Assembly (NCBI RefSeq): GCF_030028105.1
Contig: NC_092391.1
Span: 51,929,223 to 51,993,222, forward strand
From: Mobula birostris
Lineage: Eukaryota
Direction of reading: 5' to 3'
DNA: 64,000 nt
Shown here: positions 12,455-25,113 of the stretch, one piece after another
How positions within the stretch are numbered: the first letter of the stretch is position 1
How the letters are laid out: each line of letters begins with the position of its first letter
The notes under the pieces: model-generated
Database searches by the model: none
What the model saw: the letters and a program-made list of their open reading frames with translations, nothing else
What the model was told of the DNA's origin: nothing
Position numbers and translations under genes: made by a program

Positions 12455-14099
12455 TTTTGTCAACAAGGAGCAAAGAGCAAGTTTGCATATCTGGCAGGAG
12501 CAAAGGATGTTGGGAATGGAGAGGAAGGAGTGCTACGGATGGAGTGTGGGACAGGTAGCAGAGGAGTGCCGGGGTGGTGGGGGGGCGGGGTGAGGTTAGT
12601 GTGGGTGCAAACACACCCAGCCCTGAGATACCAGGCTAGGTAATTTGATTCCAAACAACTGGTTTATTGATCATTACAGAATGTCCCTCTGGTGCTTCCT
12701 CCCATCTCCCTTCCCCTTTTCACAACCATGATTCTCCTCTCCCTGTCCCCTTCCCACTCTCAGTCCACAATAGAGACCCATATCAGAATCAGCTTTATCA
12801 TCACTCACATATGTCATGAAATTTTTTTTTTTAGCAGCAGCAGTACAATGCAGTACATAAAATTACTACAGTACTGGGCAAAAGTCTTAGGCACCCTAGA
12901 TACAAGTCTTTTGCACAATATTATATGTTAAAATTTAGAACATGACAGATAAATAATTGAAGTATATTTGGAAATGATCCAAGTTAATTCTAATCTCATA
13001 AGGCTGTCTCTCAGGCACTATTAAAGGTTCAATTATGGTTCAGAGCATTCAAAGTCCAACTGCCAACCACTGCTCAACTACCTGTTCCACTTGAACCTCT
13101 TCACCTGCTGGGGACCCAACTCCAACCAAACACACAACAGCAGCTCAGTGACATGCTAAACTTTCCAAACTGAAGACTCAGCTTCCAGCCATTACCCTCC
13201 GCCTTTACCATCAGACACTCCCATCCTGACTAGTTTTTGACCCATGCTCAAATCCCTCCTGTGCCACAACCCAAGCCTGCAGCTCCCCTCCCAGTGCTAT
13301 CAAAAATCCCTGCTTAATGATATTGGCCCACGGCACAGAAATGTTGAGAACCCCTACCTTAGACCAAACACACAAAACATATGCCACCAAACATTTTTTT
13401 TTCTGAAAGTAGTGATACCACTTTCTTCTGAAGATCTAAGGGAAAGTTAAATATAGAACAGATGCAGCAGGCATGCATCCCTTCAACCTCCTCCTCAAAG
13501 TTCAAAAGTTTAAAGTAAATTTATTAACAAAGTACATATATGGCACCATATACAATCCCAAGATTAATTTTCTTGTGGACAAACTCAGTAAGTCTATAGA
13601 ATAATAACCATAGCAGAATTAATGAAAGACCACGCATCTTGGGCATTCAACCAGAGTGCAGAAGAAAACAAACTGAAAATATAAAAATAAATAAAAAGAA
13701 AAAAATAAGCAATAAGCATGAAATGAAGAGTCCTTGAAAGTGAGTCCATGATTGTGGGAACAGTTCAATGATGGGGCAAGTGAAGTTATCTCCTTTGGCC
13801 CATTCAGTAAGATCACAGTTGATCTTCCACCTCAATGCAATTGTCCTGCCTCCATTCTGAAACTCAGGAGAAGCAGCAGTGGGAAGCTTAGAAAAAGGTC
13901 CTTTCTGACTGGCTAAAACAGCTTTTCAAAAAAAAAAAAGTATTTCTAAGGCTAATTAAGAGACAAATGAGCGAATAAAAGGAAAGCAGGCTCTAGCAGA
14001 GCAGCCATTATGATAACAGGCCAGTATTTGAATGGTAAGTAAAAAGACTCTGTTAAACCAGGTGCAGGTAAGGTTCTCTGAATTTTTAATTCTAAGAGC

Positions 14100-14325
14100 C
14101 TTCACAGTGGTGGTAAGCGTAGTGATGTGCTTCTCCTGCAAAATGTGGGAGATCAGGGAGGCTTCCAGTGTCCTTCAAGACTACGCTTGTGGGAAGTGTG
14201 TCCAGCTGCAGCTCCTGACTAAAGGAGCTAGCTGTGCTCAGGATCATCTGAGGTGCTGAGAGTATTTTAAAGAGGAATTTTAGTGAGGTGGCTACACCTC
14301 CCCCACCCCCCCACCCACCAGGGTT
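14100..14325 (+). mobile_element. CR1 ORF1 zinc-finger remnant
   Basis: CFSCKMWE..DYACGKCVQLQLL. Confidence 0.7.
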
Positions 14326-14888
14326 CAGATACGCCTCTACCAAAGGAGGTGTAAGATAGTCCTTCACTCCACCTTGAGCAAGGTTTTGTACCTGCTTAGC
14401 ACCTCCCCCCGACCTCCCCAATCAGGGTCACGTGAAGCCATGGGAGCAGGTGGTGGATGGTCGTATGAGCAGCTGGTACAGATCACAAGTCCTGGTTAAA
14501 CATAGAACATAGAATAGTACAGCACAGTACAGGCCCTTCAGCCCACATTGTTATGCTGACCCTCAAACCCTGCCTCCCCTATAACCCCCTACCTTAAATT
14601 CCTCCATATACCTGTCTAGTAGTCTCAGACTACTAGATGCAACCACTGATGCCAGGCAGATAATCTCCAAAGAGTGTTGATAATGGATCAGGTTCACCCA
14701 CTTGTGTAGAAAAATTTGCGAAGAACAATTACGGTCGTGACCATGATCACCTACATCATATGACATGGCACAAATGAATGATACGATACCTTTTTGTGCT
14801 ACAACAGGGTTGAAGAAAACTTTTTAATGAGAAGTAAAGAAAGCAAAGCACAAAATCAAGAATGTTTCTATATTTTAAAAAAACTAAC

Positions 14889-14959
14889 CTCATCAACAGA
14901 ACTAGTCAGTATCCAATTATCAGTGCGACTTCTCTCCACACAATTGGACTGCAACAAAC
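14889..14959 (-). CDS. TCTN2: Tectonic-2 exon 3 (GLLQSNCVERSRTDNWILTSSVDE)
   Basis: poly-T aaag acceptor, gttagt donor; 71 nt converts phase 1 to 0 as exon 4 requires; conserved C and W positions. Confidence 0.8.
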
Positions 14960-15294
14960 CTTTAAAAAAAAAGTAAGGTTAACAAAATTGCTTCCTTGTT
15001 TCAAAGTGAGTTGCCCATGCCTTTATTCCCTCTAACTTCCACATCAACAGAATGAATAATAAATTAGTAGAGAAACTGTCCTCAGTTGATGAATAGAAAA
15101 AAAGCAAAAGTCTTCAAAATAAAGATTGTTTCACTATTTTTCTGTTAAGGATATTGTACGTTCAGCCGTACAAGAAATCAGATTGCCATTCAAGATGCAG
15201 GAATGAATTTTAGTAAGACAAATGTACTCAATCTGAGAGGTTCACCAGGGCAGCACGCCACCTCCCCCATTAGCGGTGGGGGGGGGGGGGAATT

Positions 15295-15680
15295 GCTGTG
15301 ACCTCCCTTCCTCCCATTTATGACACTTACCTGAAGCATTGCACACGAAGAGCCAAAGCATTGTTGAGGATCCTTACCACCCATCCCACAATCTACTTGA
15401 CCCGCTGCCATCAGGAAGGAGGTACAGGAGCATCAGGACTAGGACTGCCAGGCTGGGTAACAGCTTCTTCCCTCAGGCTGTGAGACTAATGAATACCCTG
15501 CCAGCACCGAGGTCTCATCACTAGGACACTGAGCTGTTTACTGTACTAACTGTACTGTCTACTTGTGCCATGCAGAGCACATGTATTTAGAATTGTATTT
15601 TTAACTTCTTGCTCAATGTGCGGAGTGTGATATATGTTGTGCACTGTGGTCTAGAGGAATGTTGTTTTGTTTGGTTGTGT
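15295..15680 (+). mobile_element. Rex1/Babar-like LINE 3' end
   Basis: DPYHPSHNLLDPLPSGRRYRSIRTRTARLGNSFFPQAVRLMN; similar ends near 10700-11050, 17000-17445, 20920-21295, 46770-46970. Confidence 0.78.
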
Positions 15681-16570
15681 ACAGAACCTGGCAAAATTAT
15701 TCAGTCCTCAACCCTTTCACATAAATGAGTATTACGTTCAGGGTTTTTGATCAATTTAACTTGAGAATTTTTATTTGTCAATCACATGCTCCTTTTTCTC
15801 CCCCACCAGAGTGGAGCCAAAAAAATAGGGAAAATTGTCAAGCATGAAAAACTACAAGTTCTGAAGCTGAAATGTCAGCAGTTCAGAAGTATTCATCCCT
15901 TTTTGCTCAGTACACAGTTAAACCACCTCTCGCAGCTATTTCAGCCGCTATTCTTTGTGGATAAGTCTCTATTAGCTTTGCACAATGTGATGGAACAAGA
16001 TTTGCCTATTTGTCATTGTAAATTGCTCAAGCTGTGCCAGGTTAGCAATCTTGAAGTCTTGCCAGAGATGTTCAATTGGGTTAAGATCAGGCCACTCGAG
16101 GACATCAATTTTCTTGCTTTAGGGCGTTTTACTGCTGAAAGATGAAGTTCCTCCCCAGTTTAAGCTTTCTGGCAGCGGATAGCAGGTTTTTATCCAAGAT
16201 CTCTGTATCGAGCAGTATTCATCTTCCCATCAATCCTAACTGGATTTTCAGTCCCTGCTGCTGAAAAGCATCCCCATAGCATGATGCTACCCCCACCATA
16301 CTTTACAATAGGGATGTTACCTGGCTGATGTACAGTATTAGATTTATGCCACATATACTGCAGTTCTGAGGCCAAAAGGTTTCACATTAGTCTCATCCAA
16401 CCACATAACCTTCTTGCACATCTTTAGTATCTTCTAAGTGACACTTCGCAAAATCTTTATGGGCAAGGATATGCTACTGTTTTTTTTAAAAAGCCAAGGC
16501 TTCCTCCTTGCCATTCTTCTATAAATGCCCTGTTTATGCAAAACCTTAGATTGTGGAGCCATGAACTTCA
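15680..16570 (-). mobile_element. decayed Tc1/mariner transposon
   Basis: VKYGGGSIMLWGCFSAAG..IDGKMNTARYRD; TA-CAG..CAAAATTATTCA terminal motif at 15680. Confidence 0.88.
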
Positions 16571-17585
16571 TATCCTTCAACTTACAAGACATCACTCAGG
16601 GACTTGGGCTATACATGTTCTTTGGTGTGTGTGACTGTTCACACTATTATATGTGCTGTGTATGACTGTTGGTACTGTGTTTTGCACCTTGGCTCCCAGA
16701 GGACCACTGTTTCATTTGGCTGTATTCCTCTGTATGGTTAAATAGTAATTAAACTTGAATTTTAACTTAAACTTGATGTACCAATTAAAAAGTTAGCAGG
16801 GGCGTGCCAAACTTCTTTAGCCTCTTGAGGAAGTTGAACTTTCTTTGCTCAGGCATCCAGGGTTGAACAAGAAGAGGCTATTGGTGATGTTGAGGTAGGT
16901 TGGATCACTGAAGTGGGGCTTAAACAGATCAATGAATATAGTAGAGTAACCAGAAGTTCAGAGTCATCCACACTGACCGCACGAAGATTTTCCACACGAA
17001 AACTGCACTGCGGCAGACAGGAAGGCTCTACAACGGGTAGTCATCACTGGCACCAGCTTATCCAGCATTAAGGACATGTACAGAAAGTTGCTGGAAAAGG
17101 GTGAGGAACATCATGAAGGATCCCACCCACCCTGCTCATGGTCTGTGTCCCACTCCCATCAACACCGGAACCACCAGACTCAAAAACAGTCACTTTCCCC
17201 AAGCACTAAGGCCGATCAACACCTCCACCACCACTTTATTATTTCCTGTCAAGTCACCTTATGTACACTCTAACATCACTTTATGGACATAAAAATCAAT
17301 ATCTATCAGCTATCTCATGTATTTATATTTATTGCATTTTTAAATTATTGTGTTCTTTATCTGAATGTTTTTTATATGCTGCATTGGAGTTGGGGTAACA
17401 ATTATTTTGTTCTCCTTACACTTTTGTACAGGAAATGACATTGAAGTTAGTGTGGTCAATTAGCATTAAACCCACAACTTTCCAACACAAAGAGCAAATG
17501 TCTCACTAACCAAACTCCAGCTAACATTAGTTATAGCTTCAATTCACTTAATCACTGTTGAAACCAATGTACTTTAAAAACATAC

Positions 17586-17696
17586 CATCAGTAGCTGCAA
17601 CTGTTTCCACGCCAAGTTTAAAAGTAGAACTGTTTTCACCTACAAAGAACACGTTTACTTCAGGACCCGATGCAATCAGGAACGATGGAAGGAACT
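17586..17696 (-). CDS. TCTN2: Tectonic-2 exon 2 (EFLPSFLIASGPEVNVFFVGENSSTFKLGVETVAATD)
   Basis: tttag acceptor, gtatg donor, phase 1-1; resembles TCTN2 FIPPFIRMSGPAV segment. Confidence 0.85.
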
Positions 17697-18508
17697 CTAA
17701 ATAGTGAAATAGTTACATTAGATCAGAAGCTGCCAAGGATCATTGCATCTTACAGCACACAACATCCACCACCTTAGCCAACACATTTATAAAAAAAATC
17801 CTATTTTACATCTAAAGATCAGCAAAAAAAAATGGAAGCTGATGCAACGTCCAGATCAGGGATTCCCAACCTTTTTATACCACAGACCCTTACCATTAGT
17901 TGAGGCGTCCATGGATTCCAGGTTGGGAAGTACAAAACATATTAGTTATATGAAAAATTGGAGGCAATAAATTTTAAGTTCTACACAGCTGAAGGAGGCT
18001 GAAAACAGGAGCTATCAATTTGAACAGAAAAAGGAAGAGCCGGTACTTTCTCAATGGGGGGGGGGGGCGGTGTTAGCAGTGGAAATCCTAAGTTTTGGGA
18101 CACCACGAGCAGAAATTAAAATCTCATAAACGAGATCTAAACCTTTTGTAAGAGACAACAGTGAGTGAAGGGGACTGAAGTCTTCTCTTGGTTAAATAAA
18201 TACATCACTGGTTGGGGCACGCCATGAACAGCTCTGGACTCCACACCACAGACATTGACCAGAGTGACACATGGGCCACAAGGTTTAAATTACAAAGGGA
18301 TATTACTGAAAATCTGAATATTAGAGGCGACTTATTGAAGCTTCACATTCAAGGGAACAAACAGCATACATAACAAGAAAACATATTTCTGCAGGACAGC
18401 TTCCCAGCACTTGTCCCGCTGATGGTCAAAGCCGGAGAGGGTCAGGTAGGCTAAAGTCCCCGGACCCATCCCGTTCCCCTTAGTTCCCACCCCCGGGTGA
18501 GGCCGCAC

Positions 18509-18590
18509 CGACAGTGCCGCAGGATCCGCCGCACACGAAGCCGCACCAAAACAGCGCGAAGGCCCGGCCGAGCGGGTCCCAGCCCGCCAT
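18509..18590 (-). CDS. TCTN2: Tectonic-2 exon 1 (signal peptide, MAGWDPLGRAFALFWCGFVCGGSCGTV)
   Basis: gccATGG start in a CpG-rich island; hydrophobic N-terminus; 82 nt ending phase 1 at donor GTGCGG, in frame with exon 2. Confidence 0.8.
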
Positions 18591-18745
18591 GGCCAAGCTC
18601 CAGACCACTCAGCAAGGCGACGTGCGATTGGTCGGTGGCAAAGGCAAGCCAATGAGACCATACGGTGAATCGTGGTCCCGCAACGACCGGTTGCCATGGA
18701 GCGAGCTGCGGGGTTTTGAGCGCCCACTGGTGGTGAGGGGGCGTC
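18591..18745 (-). promoter_or_regulatory. TCTN2 CpG-rich promoter/5' UTR with two CCAAT boxes and an RFX X-box-like site
   Basis: gattgg near 18626, ccaat near 18649, GTTGCCATGGAGC at 18690-18702. Confidence 0.65.
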
Positions 18746-20096
18746 ATGGTATCCAGGGAGACATTGAGGGAGCGCCGTGGTATCCAGGGAGACATTGAGG
18801 GAGCTCCGTGGTATCCAGGGAGACATTGAGGGAGTGCCATGGTATCCAGGGAGACATTGAGGGAGCTCCGTGGTATCCAGGGAGACATTGAGGGAGCTCC
18901 GTGGTATCCAGGGAGACATTGAGGGAGTGCCGTGGTATCCAGGGAGACATTGAGGGAGCTCCGTGGTATCCAGGGAGACATTGAGGGAGCTCCGTGGTAT
19001 CCAGGGAGACATTGAGGGAACGCTGTGGTATACTGGGAAGACATTGAGGGAGCTCCGTGGTATCCAGGGAAGACATTGAGGGAACGCCGTGGTATACTGG
19101 GAAGACATTGAGGGAACGCCGTGGTATCCAGGGAGACATTGAGGGAGCTCCGTGGTATCCAGGGAGACATTGAGGGAGCTCCGTGGTATCCAGGGAGACA
19201 TTGAGGGAGCGCCGTGGTATCCAGGGAAGACATTGAGGGAGCGCTGTGGTATCCAGGGAGACATTGAGGGAACGCCGTGGTATCCAGGGAGACATTGAAG
19301 GAGCTCCGTGGTATCCAGGGAGACATTGAGGGAGCGCCATGGCATCCAGGGAGACATTGAGGGAGCGCCGTGGTATCCAGGGAGACATTGAGGGAACGCC
19401 GTGGTATCCAGGGAAGAGATTGAGGGAACGCCATAGTATACTGGGAAGACATTGAGGGAACGCCGTGGTATACTGGGAGACATTGAGGGAACGCCGTGGT
19501 ATACTGGGAAGACATTGAGGGAATGCCGTGGTATCCAGGGAGACATTGGGGGAGCTCCATGGTATACTGGGAGACATTGAGGGAACGCCGTGGTATCCAG
19601 GGAGACATTGAGGGAATGCTGTGGTATACTGGGAAGACATTGAGGGAGCACCGTGGTATCCAGGGAAGACATTGAGGGAGCGCCGTGGTATCCAGGGAGA
19701 CATTGAGGGAACGCTGTGGTATACTGGGAAGACATTGAGGGAACGCTGTGGTATACTGGGAAGACATTGAGGGAACGCTGTGGTATCCAGGGAGACATTG
19801 AGGGAACGCTGTGGTATCCAGGGAAGACATTGAGGGAGCTCCGTGGTATCCAGGGAGACATTGAGGGAACGCCGTGGTATCCAGGGAAGAGATTGAGGGA
19901 GCTCCGTGGTATACTGGGAAGACATTGAGGGAGCGCCATGGTATCCAGGGAGACATTGAGGGAACGCTGTGGTATACTGGGAAGGCATTGAGAGAGCGCC
20001 ATGGTATCCAGGGAGACATTGAGGGAGCACCATGGCATCCAGGGAGACATTGAGGGAACGCCGTGGTATACTGGGAAGGCATTGAGGGAGCTCCAC
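18746..20096. repeat. 31/32-bp minisatellite (~43 units) GTGGTATCCAGGGAGACATTGAGGGAGCTCC
   Basis: direct periodicity, e.g. tatccaggg at 18781 and 18812. Confidence 0.98.
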
Positions 20097-20289
20097 AGAG
20101 CATCCTGTTCTGGGCAGATTCCCAAGCTCAGGACTCTACGAAAACATCCCTGACACTTCACAAATCCCTTGCCAGTGTAATTATATCCAAGTTAAATTGT
20201 CCATCATCATTATACTTCTCTCTTGACATGCCTTTGATATTTCCCCATTTAGTCTTTGTCCCACCATGGGGGGCCGTTGACCATTCTTC

Positions 20290-20533
20290 TTAAGCCCATC
20301 ATTCCTACTAGGGCATAGGTCACCAACAGCAGCTCACCAGACTCCTCTGTCCTGGGTCAATAGAAGGTTGATGGGCCCTGTGGCTTCCAGTTTCACTACA
20401 CGATTTTGTACGTCTTCTAGGGATGAGGTCTTTGGAGGTTCTGTTGACATTTCTGTAGCTCGTGTTTTTATGGGATGGGGTTGCTATCCCCATGCCCAAC
20501 CCTCCTCCTTTCGCCATCGGGCTTAGGACCATC
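20290..20533 (-). mobile_element. short bipartite RTE-derived element
   Basis: ggtcctaagcccga..aaaggaggagggttgggcatggggatagcaacccc head joined to a short tail; other copies at 36081-36219 plus 37703-37800, and 49730-49875. Confidence 0.55.
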
Positions 20534-22849
20534 CATTCTACCTGTGCCTTATTTCACCCAATATCTCTGACCTGGACCCAGGATTGAAGTAAACCACAGA
20601 GAGTTGTAAACTTAGTCGGCACTATCATCAGAATCAGGTTTATTATCACCAGCATGTGACGTGGAATTTGTTAACTTAGCAGCAGCAGTTCAATGCAATA
20701 CATAATCTAGCAGAGAGAGAAAAAATATAATAATAAATAAAATAAAACAATAAATAAACAAGTAAATCAATTACATATATTGATTAGATGATTTAAAATG
20801 TGCAAAAACAGAAATACTGCATATTAAAAAAGTGAGGTAGTGTCCAAAGCTTCAAAGTCCATTTAGGAATCAGATGACAGGGGGAAGAAGCTGTTCCTGA
20901 ATTGCTGAGTGTGTGCCTTGGGCATTAGCCTCCGAAGTATACAGGACATCTTCAAGGAGCGATGCCTCAATAAGACACATCCATCATTAAGGACTCCCAT
21001 CACTCAGAACATGCCCTCTCCTCATTGCTACTATCATGGAGGAGGTACAGGAACCTGAAGACACACACTCAGTGATTCAGGAACAGCTTCTTCCCCTCTG
21101 CCATCCGATTTCTGAATGAACCTTGAATTCATGAACACTACCTCACTACTTTTTATTTCTATTTTGTCTGCACTACTTATTTAATTTAACTTTACAGTTG
21201 TATTTACTGTAATTCAGCTTTTTTCTATCATTGTACTGCTGCCGCAAAGTTAACAAATGTCACAAGATATGCTGCTGGTATTAAACCTAATTCCAATTTG
21301 CTTTTTTCTGTTTGCGACAGTTCATTTCTCTCGTTACAACTGCAGCTTGCACTCACATAAAGAGTCTTCAACTTTGATTTTTTTTTAGTGCTTGCTTTCC
21401 CCAGATTCAATGTTTGGCTACACATGATTATTTATATTTATATTTTCTACACTGCTCTCCTTCCCTTCACTATCCTGTGCCCACTTTTCTCTCTTTTGCC
21501 TTCCACCCTTCCCCATTAATTAATTTAAAGCCCTGTCTAAAATCTAGTTGTAGCAGCAAGACTAATCCAAAATCAAAACAAAATTGCCGCCAGCATGCGA
21601 CTGCCACAGGGTTGTTATACTTGCTTAACGCACTCTCCACTCCAATCAAATGATTGTTCCGAAAAGACAAATCCTTTGTTAGCAATTAGCAAACATACAA
21701 TCTTGAAGCGATATTACGTGGTCAGCAAAGATATGACCTCCGCTGGTCCAAAGCCACAAACTGCCAAGAAATAAGGAAGAATACGTAACTTATTCCCTTC
21801 ACTTTTAACACTCATGAGGCTAGTTACCATAATAAATCAGATAAATGCACAACACAGAGAATATGGCTCCTCCACCAGTTATGACAGTCACCAGTCCATT
21901 TGTCTCAGCACTGTTCAGACACACTCAGGATCAGCTTTAATATCACTAGCATATGCCGTGAAATCTGTTGTCTTTGCAGCAGCAATACAGTTCAATATAT
22001 TATAATAATAAAAATAAAACTATAAGACTATGAATTATAATAATTATATAGTTTTTAAATAAATAAGTGGTGTAAAAAGAAAGGGGAAAATGGTGAGGTA
22101 GTTTTCATGGATTCACTGTCCATTCTGAAATCTGAACTGACATTTTAGATCACAGACCTGTCCTCAAGAATTTAGCTCGTTGCTATTCTCTAGGACTCCA
22201 GAGATCCTGCTGAGTAACCCTATGTGATCTCTGGCGCCGGAAGCTCCCTCCTCCCATTCTGAGACACAAGAGCTTCTGCAGATGCTGTTAATCTTCAGCA
22301 ACTTGCACTGAATGCTGGAGGACCCCAGCAAATGATGGAAGGTCTTGACCCAAAACATTGACTGTTTACTCTGCTCCATAGATACTGCCTGACTTGCTGA
22401 GTTCCTCAAGCAGTTGGGGTGTGTTGCAAACTTTCCGTTTGTGATTTCACCAAAGTGCTCGCCTCGTCGTCTCTGTCTGGCTGTCAAGGGCTGGAGTTTC
22501 AACAGTGTGTGTCTGTATCCAGGATCTAACTTGCAGTGACTCAGACAGTTCCTTGTCCTCTGTCCTGGAAGCATCCAGCCTCGAAATAAAACACTGACCT
22601 CCTTAAGATGATGAGCTTGAGGACCCCCTGTAAATAAAATAGGCAAGCTGTTACTTGTTAATCCCTCAGTAATGTTTAACACTGACAAAACAAGTGTTTT
22701 GGCTCACTGCAGATTAAATCCAATTAAAGCCACTTATAAAACATTCAGCCAACTTCCCGTTCCCCTGTGTCCGAACCCTAGCTACAGACTTCACTCCACC
22801 GCAGCTCTTGCCTTAATTCACTCCGTTTTGGACATTGCTAGAACACATT

Positions 22850-23044
22850 ATGCCTATGGAGCACCAGTTGAAACGTCCCTCGGGTCGTTCTTTGAGGAGC
22901 CCAAGTGAGCTAGAAACCAGCCTTCGCCTGTCCTTGTCCTTGTTCAGGAATGATCCGATGTTCTCCTGGTGTGTGGCTGATATAATGACAGCACCCAAGT
23001 CTCTTTGTAACCAACTTATCAAGAACCAGACAGCCCTGATGGAG
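22850..23044 (+). CDS. putative uncharacterised gene, coding exon A (MPMEHQLKRPSGRSLRSPSELETSLRLSLSLFRNDPMFSWCVADIMTAPKSLCNQLIKNQTALME)
   Basis: non-repeat island; ctag acceptor at 22841 preceded by ccttaat; ATGs at 22850/22856; donor GAG|gtacat phase 0; CR1 debris starts about 50 nt later. Confidence 0.55.
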
Positions 23045-23094
23045 GTACATTTGATTGTTTATTTTAGATATTGGTATAAACACCAAATCAGCTC

Positions 23095-23895
23095 ACATAA
23101 AATGGGGGAGATCTTAAATGGATTTTTTTTTGCATCTGTATTTACTTGGGAGACAAACAGAGAGTCTAGAGATGTGAGGAAATGTTCCAGCAATGTCATG
23201 GACCCTATACAGCCTACAGAGGAGGTGTCTGCTACCTTGAGGCAAAGTAGGGTGGATAAATCCCTAGGGCCTGGCAATCTGGTCCCTTGGACCATGTGGG
23301 AGGCAAGTGCTAAAATTGCAAGGGCCCTAGCAGAGATATTTAAAACAACCTTAGCCCAGAGTGAAATACCAGAGGATCAGAGGATAGCTAATGTTATTCT
23401 GTTGTTCAGGAGAGTGTCTAAGAATAAGCAGGTAATTTATAGGCTGCAGACTTGACGTCCATAGTGGGTAAGTATTGGAAGATATTTTAAGGAACCAGAT
23501 ATATAAATTGGCTTAGAGGGAGATATCAGAGAGTGGTAGAAGATAGTTGCCTCTCTGACTAGAGGCCTGTGACTAGTGCCAGGACTTGAAGACCTGAGTC
23601 ATAGTCATAGAAAAATACAGCATAGAAACAGGGTGAAAGGTGAAATGTTTAAGGGGAACCTGAAGGGAAACTTCTTCACTCGAGGGTGGTGAGAGTGTGG
23701 AACAAGCTGCCAGCGCAAGTGGTGCATGTGAGCTCGGTTTCAAAGTTTAAGAGAAGTTTGGATAGGTACGTTGGTGGGGTAGGGGAATGGAGGGCCATGG
23801 TTTGGGTGCAGGTCGATGGGAGGAGGCAGTTTAAATGGTTCAGCATGGACTAGATGGGCTGATGGGTCTGCATCTGTGCTGTATTTTTCTATGAC
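23095..23895 (+). mobile_element. CR1 fragments
   Basis: LNGFFFASVFT, VDKSLGP, IPEDQRIANVILLF and a CR1 3' end. Confidence 0.8.
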
Positions 23896-24823
23896 TCGAA
23901 TAGCTGGACATTTCCGTAGCTTCTGTCAGAAAAGCCTCCAGGAGGTGGTGATCATGACTCTCAGTGACCTGTTCACTCTCTCACACACAACATTTACTTC
24001 ACTATGATCCGTGCTCAGGGCCAGTGAACAAAGCTGGCTTTACTCTCGCCCAGTGTGGTCAACAGGAATTAAGACCAACATCTTTTCTCAGTGTAGTAGT
24101 TTTCACTCTACACTCCCAGTTGTTGTAAGCTTCTGACACAACAACTCACCACAGTGAGTGTGAACAGTTTAATCAGTTGTTATTATGTTCAAAGTACATT
24201 TATTATCAAAGTATATATATGCCACCATATACAACCCTGAGATTCATTTTCCTGCAGGCATTCACAGTAAACACAAAGAAACAACAAAATAATAATAATA
24301 AGTAAGTAATAAATATTGAGAACATGAGATGAAAGTGAGTCCACAGGTTGTGGGAACAGTTCGGTGTTGGTGTGGGTGAAGTTGAGTGAACCTTGGTCAT
24401 CCTCTGTAAATGTCCATATCCACTCTCCATCTTCACAACTTCCCTCATACAAGCAGGTACTGACTCACCTGTTGGACAGCCACTGACATGAGAATGATAT
24501 TGAATAGCTGGGCTTCCTGCACTGGTTTCAAATCAACAATTTTACAGAAGGAGGCTGGTAGAGCAATGACAGAAATCAAGTCTGGAATTTGAAAATAAAG
24601 AACTGCAGGTGCTGGAAACCTGAAATGAAAAAAGATGCTGGAACCACTCAGGTGGTCAGGCAGCATCTGTGAAGAGAGAAACAGTTAATTTTTCAGATCA
24701 AAGAACTCTTTCACACAGATGCTGTCTGAACTACAGAGTGCTTCTAGCATTTTTAATGTAAGAGTTTGAACCAATGACTGGCAGAATCAGCTGAGTAAAT
24801 GGATAATTTGGTATCTGTTCCAG

Positions 24824-25090
24824 AACCTGAGGAGACTGGAACATCAAAGGATAACACGAATGAGGCAGCTTAATGAAGAAAGGCAACACTTTGCTCTTCT
24901 CATGAGGAGGAAGCTGGCTCCCAGGGTCAACAGATGGCCTCCCCTACCTCGCACATCTGCCTGGGTAACTTACTCTAACGAAAACTTCTCTCCCCAAGCT
25001 GGATACAAAGGCACAAGTACAGAACATATGAACCAGTGCAAGACCAATGGGCAGGCAAACCTTGCTGACACCCAATCCAAACTGTTGAAG
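24824..25090 (+). CDS. putative uncharacterised gene, coding exon B (NLRRLEHQRITRMRQLNEERQHFALLMRRKLAPR...SKLLK)
   Basis: tctgttccag acceptor phase 0; open helical frame; ends at GC donor AAG|gcaagt (25090) or alternative TGG|gtaact (24964), both phase 0. Confidence 0.55.
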
Positions 25091-25113
25091 GCAAGTGGAA
25101 CTGAACTGTACAC

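Noticed and set aside
13358-13435. Alternative candidate for TCTN2 exon 3
   Set aside because: In-frame TAA and no similarity; 14889-14959 fits phase and conserved residues
18746-20096. CRISPR-like appearance of ~31-bp repeats
   Set aside because: Units are contiguous with no unique spacers, no cas genes, eukaryotic context
18332-20161. 609, 550 and 450 aa ORFs on the minus strand
   Set aside because: Artefacts of a stop-free 31/32-bp minisatellite; the same peptides cycle through all three frames
22835-23455. 206 aa ORF as a single-exon gene
   Set aside because: Chimeric: unique exon to 23044, then read-through into CR1 RT debris
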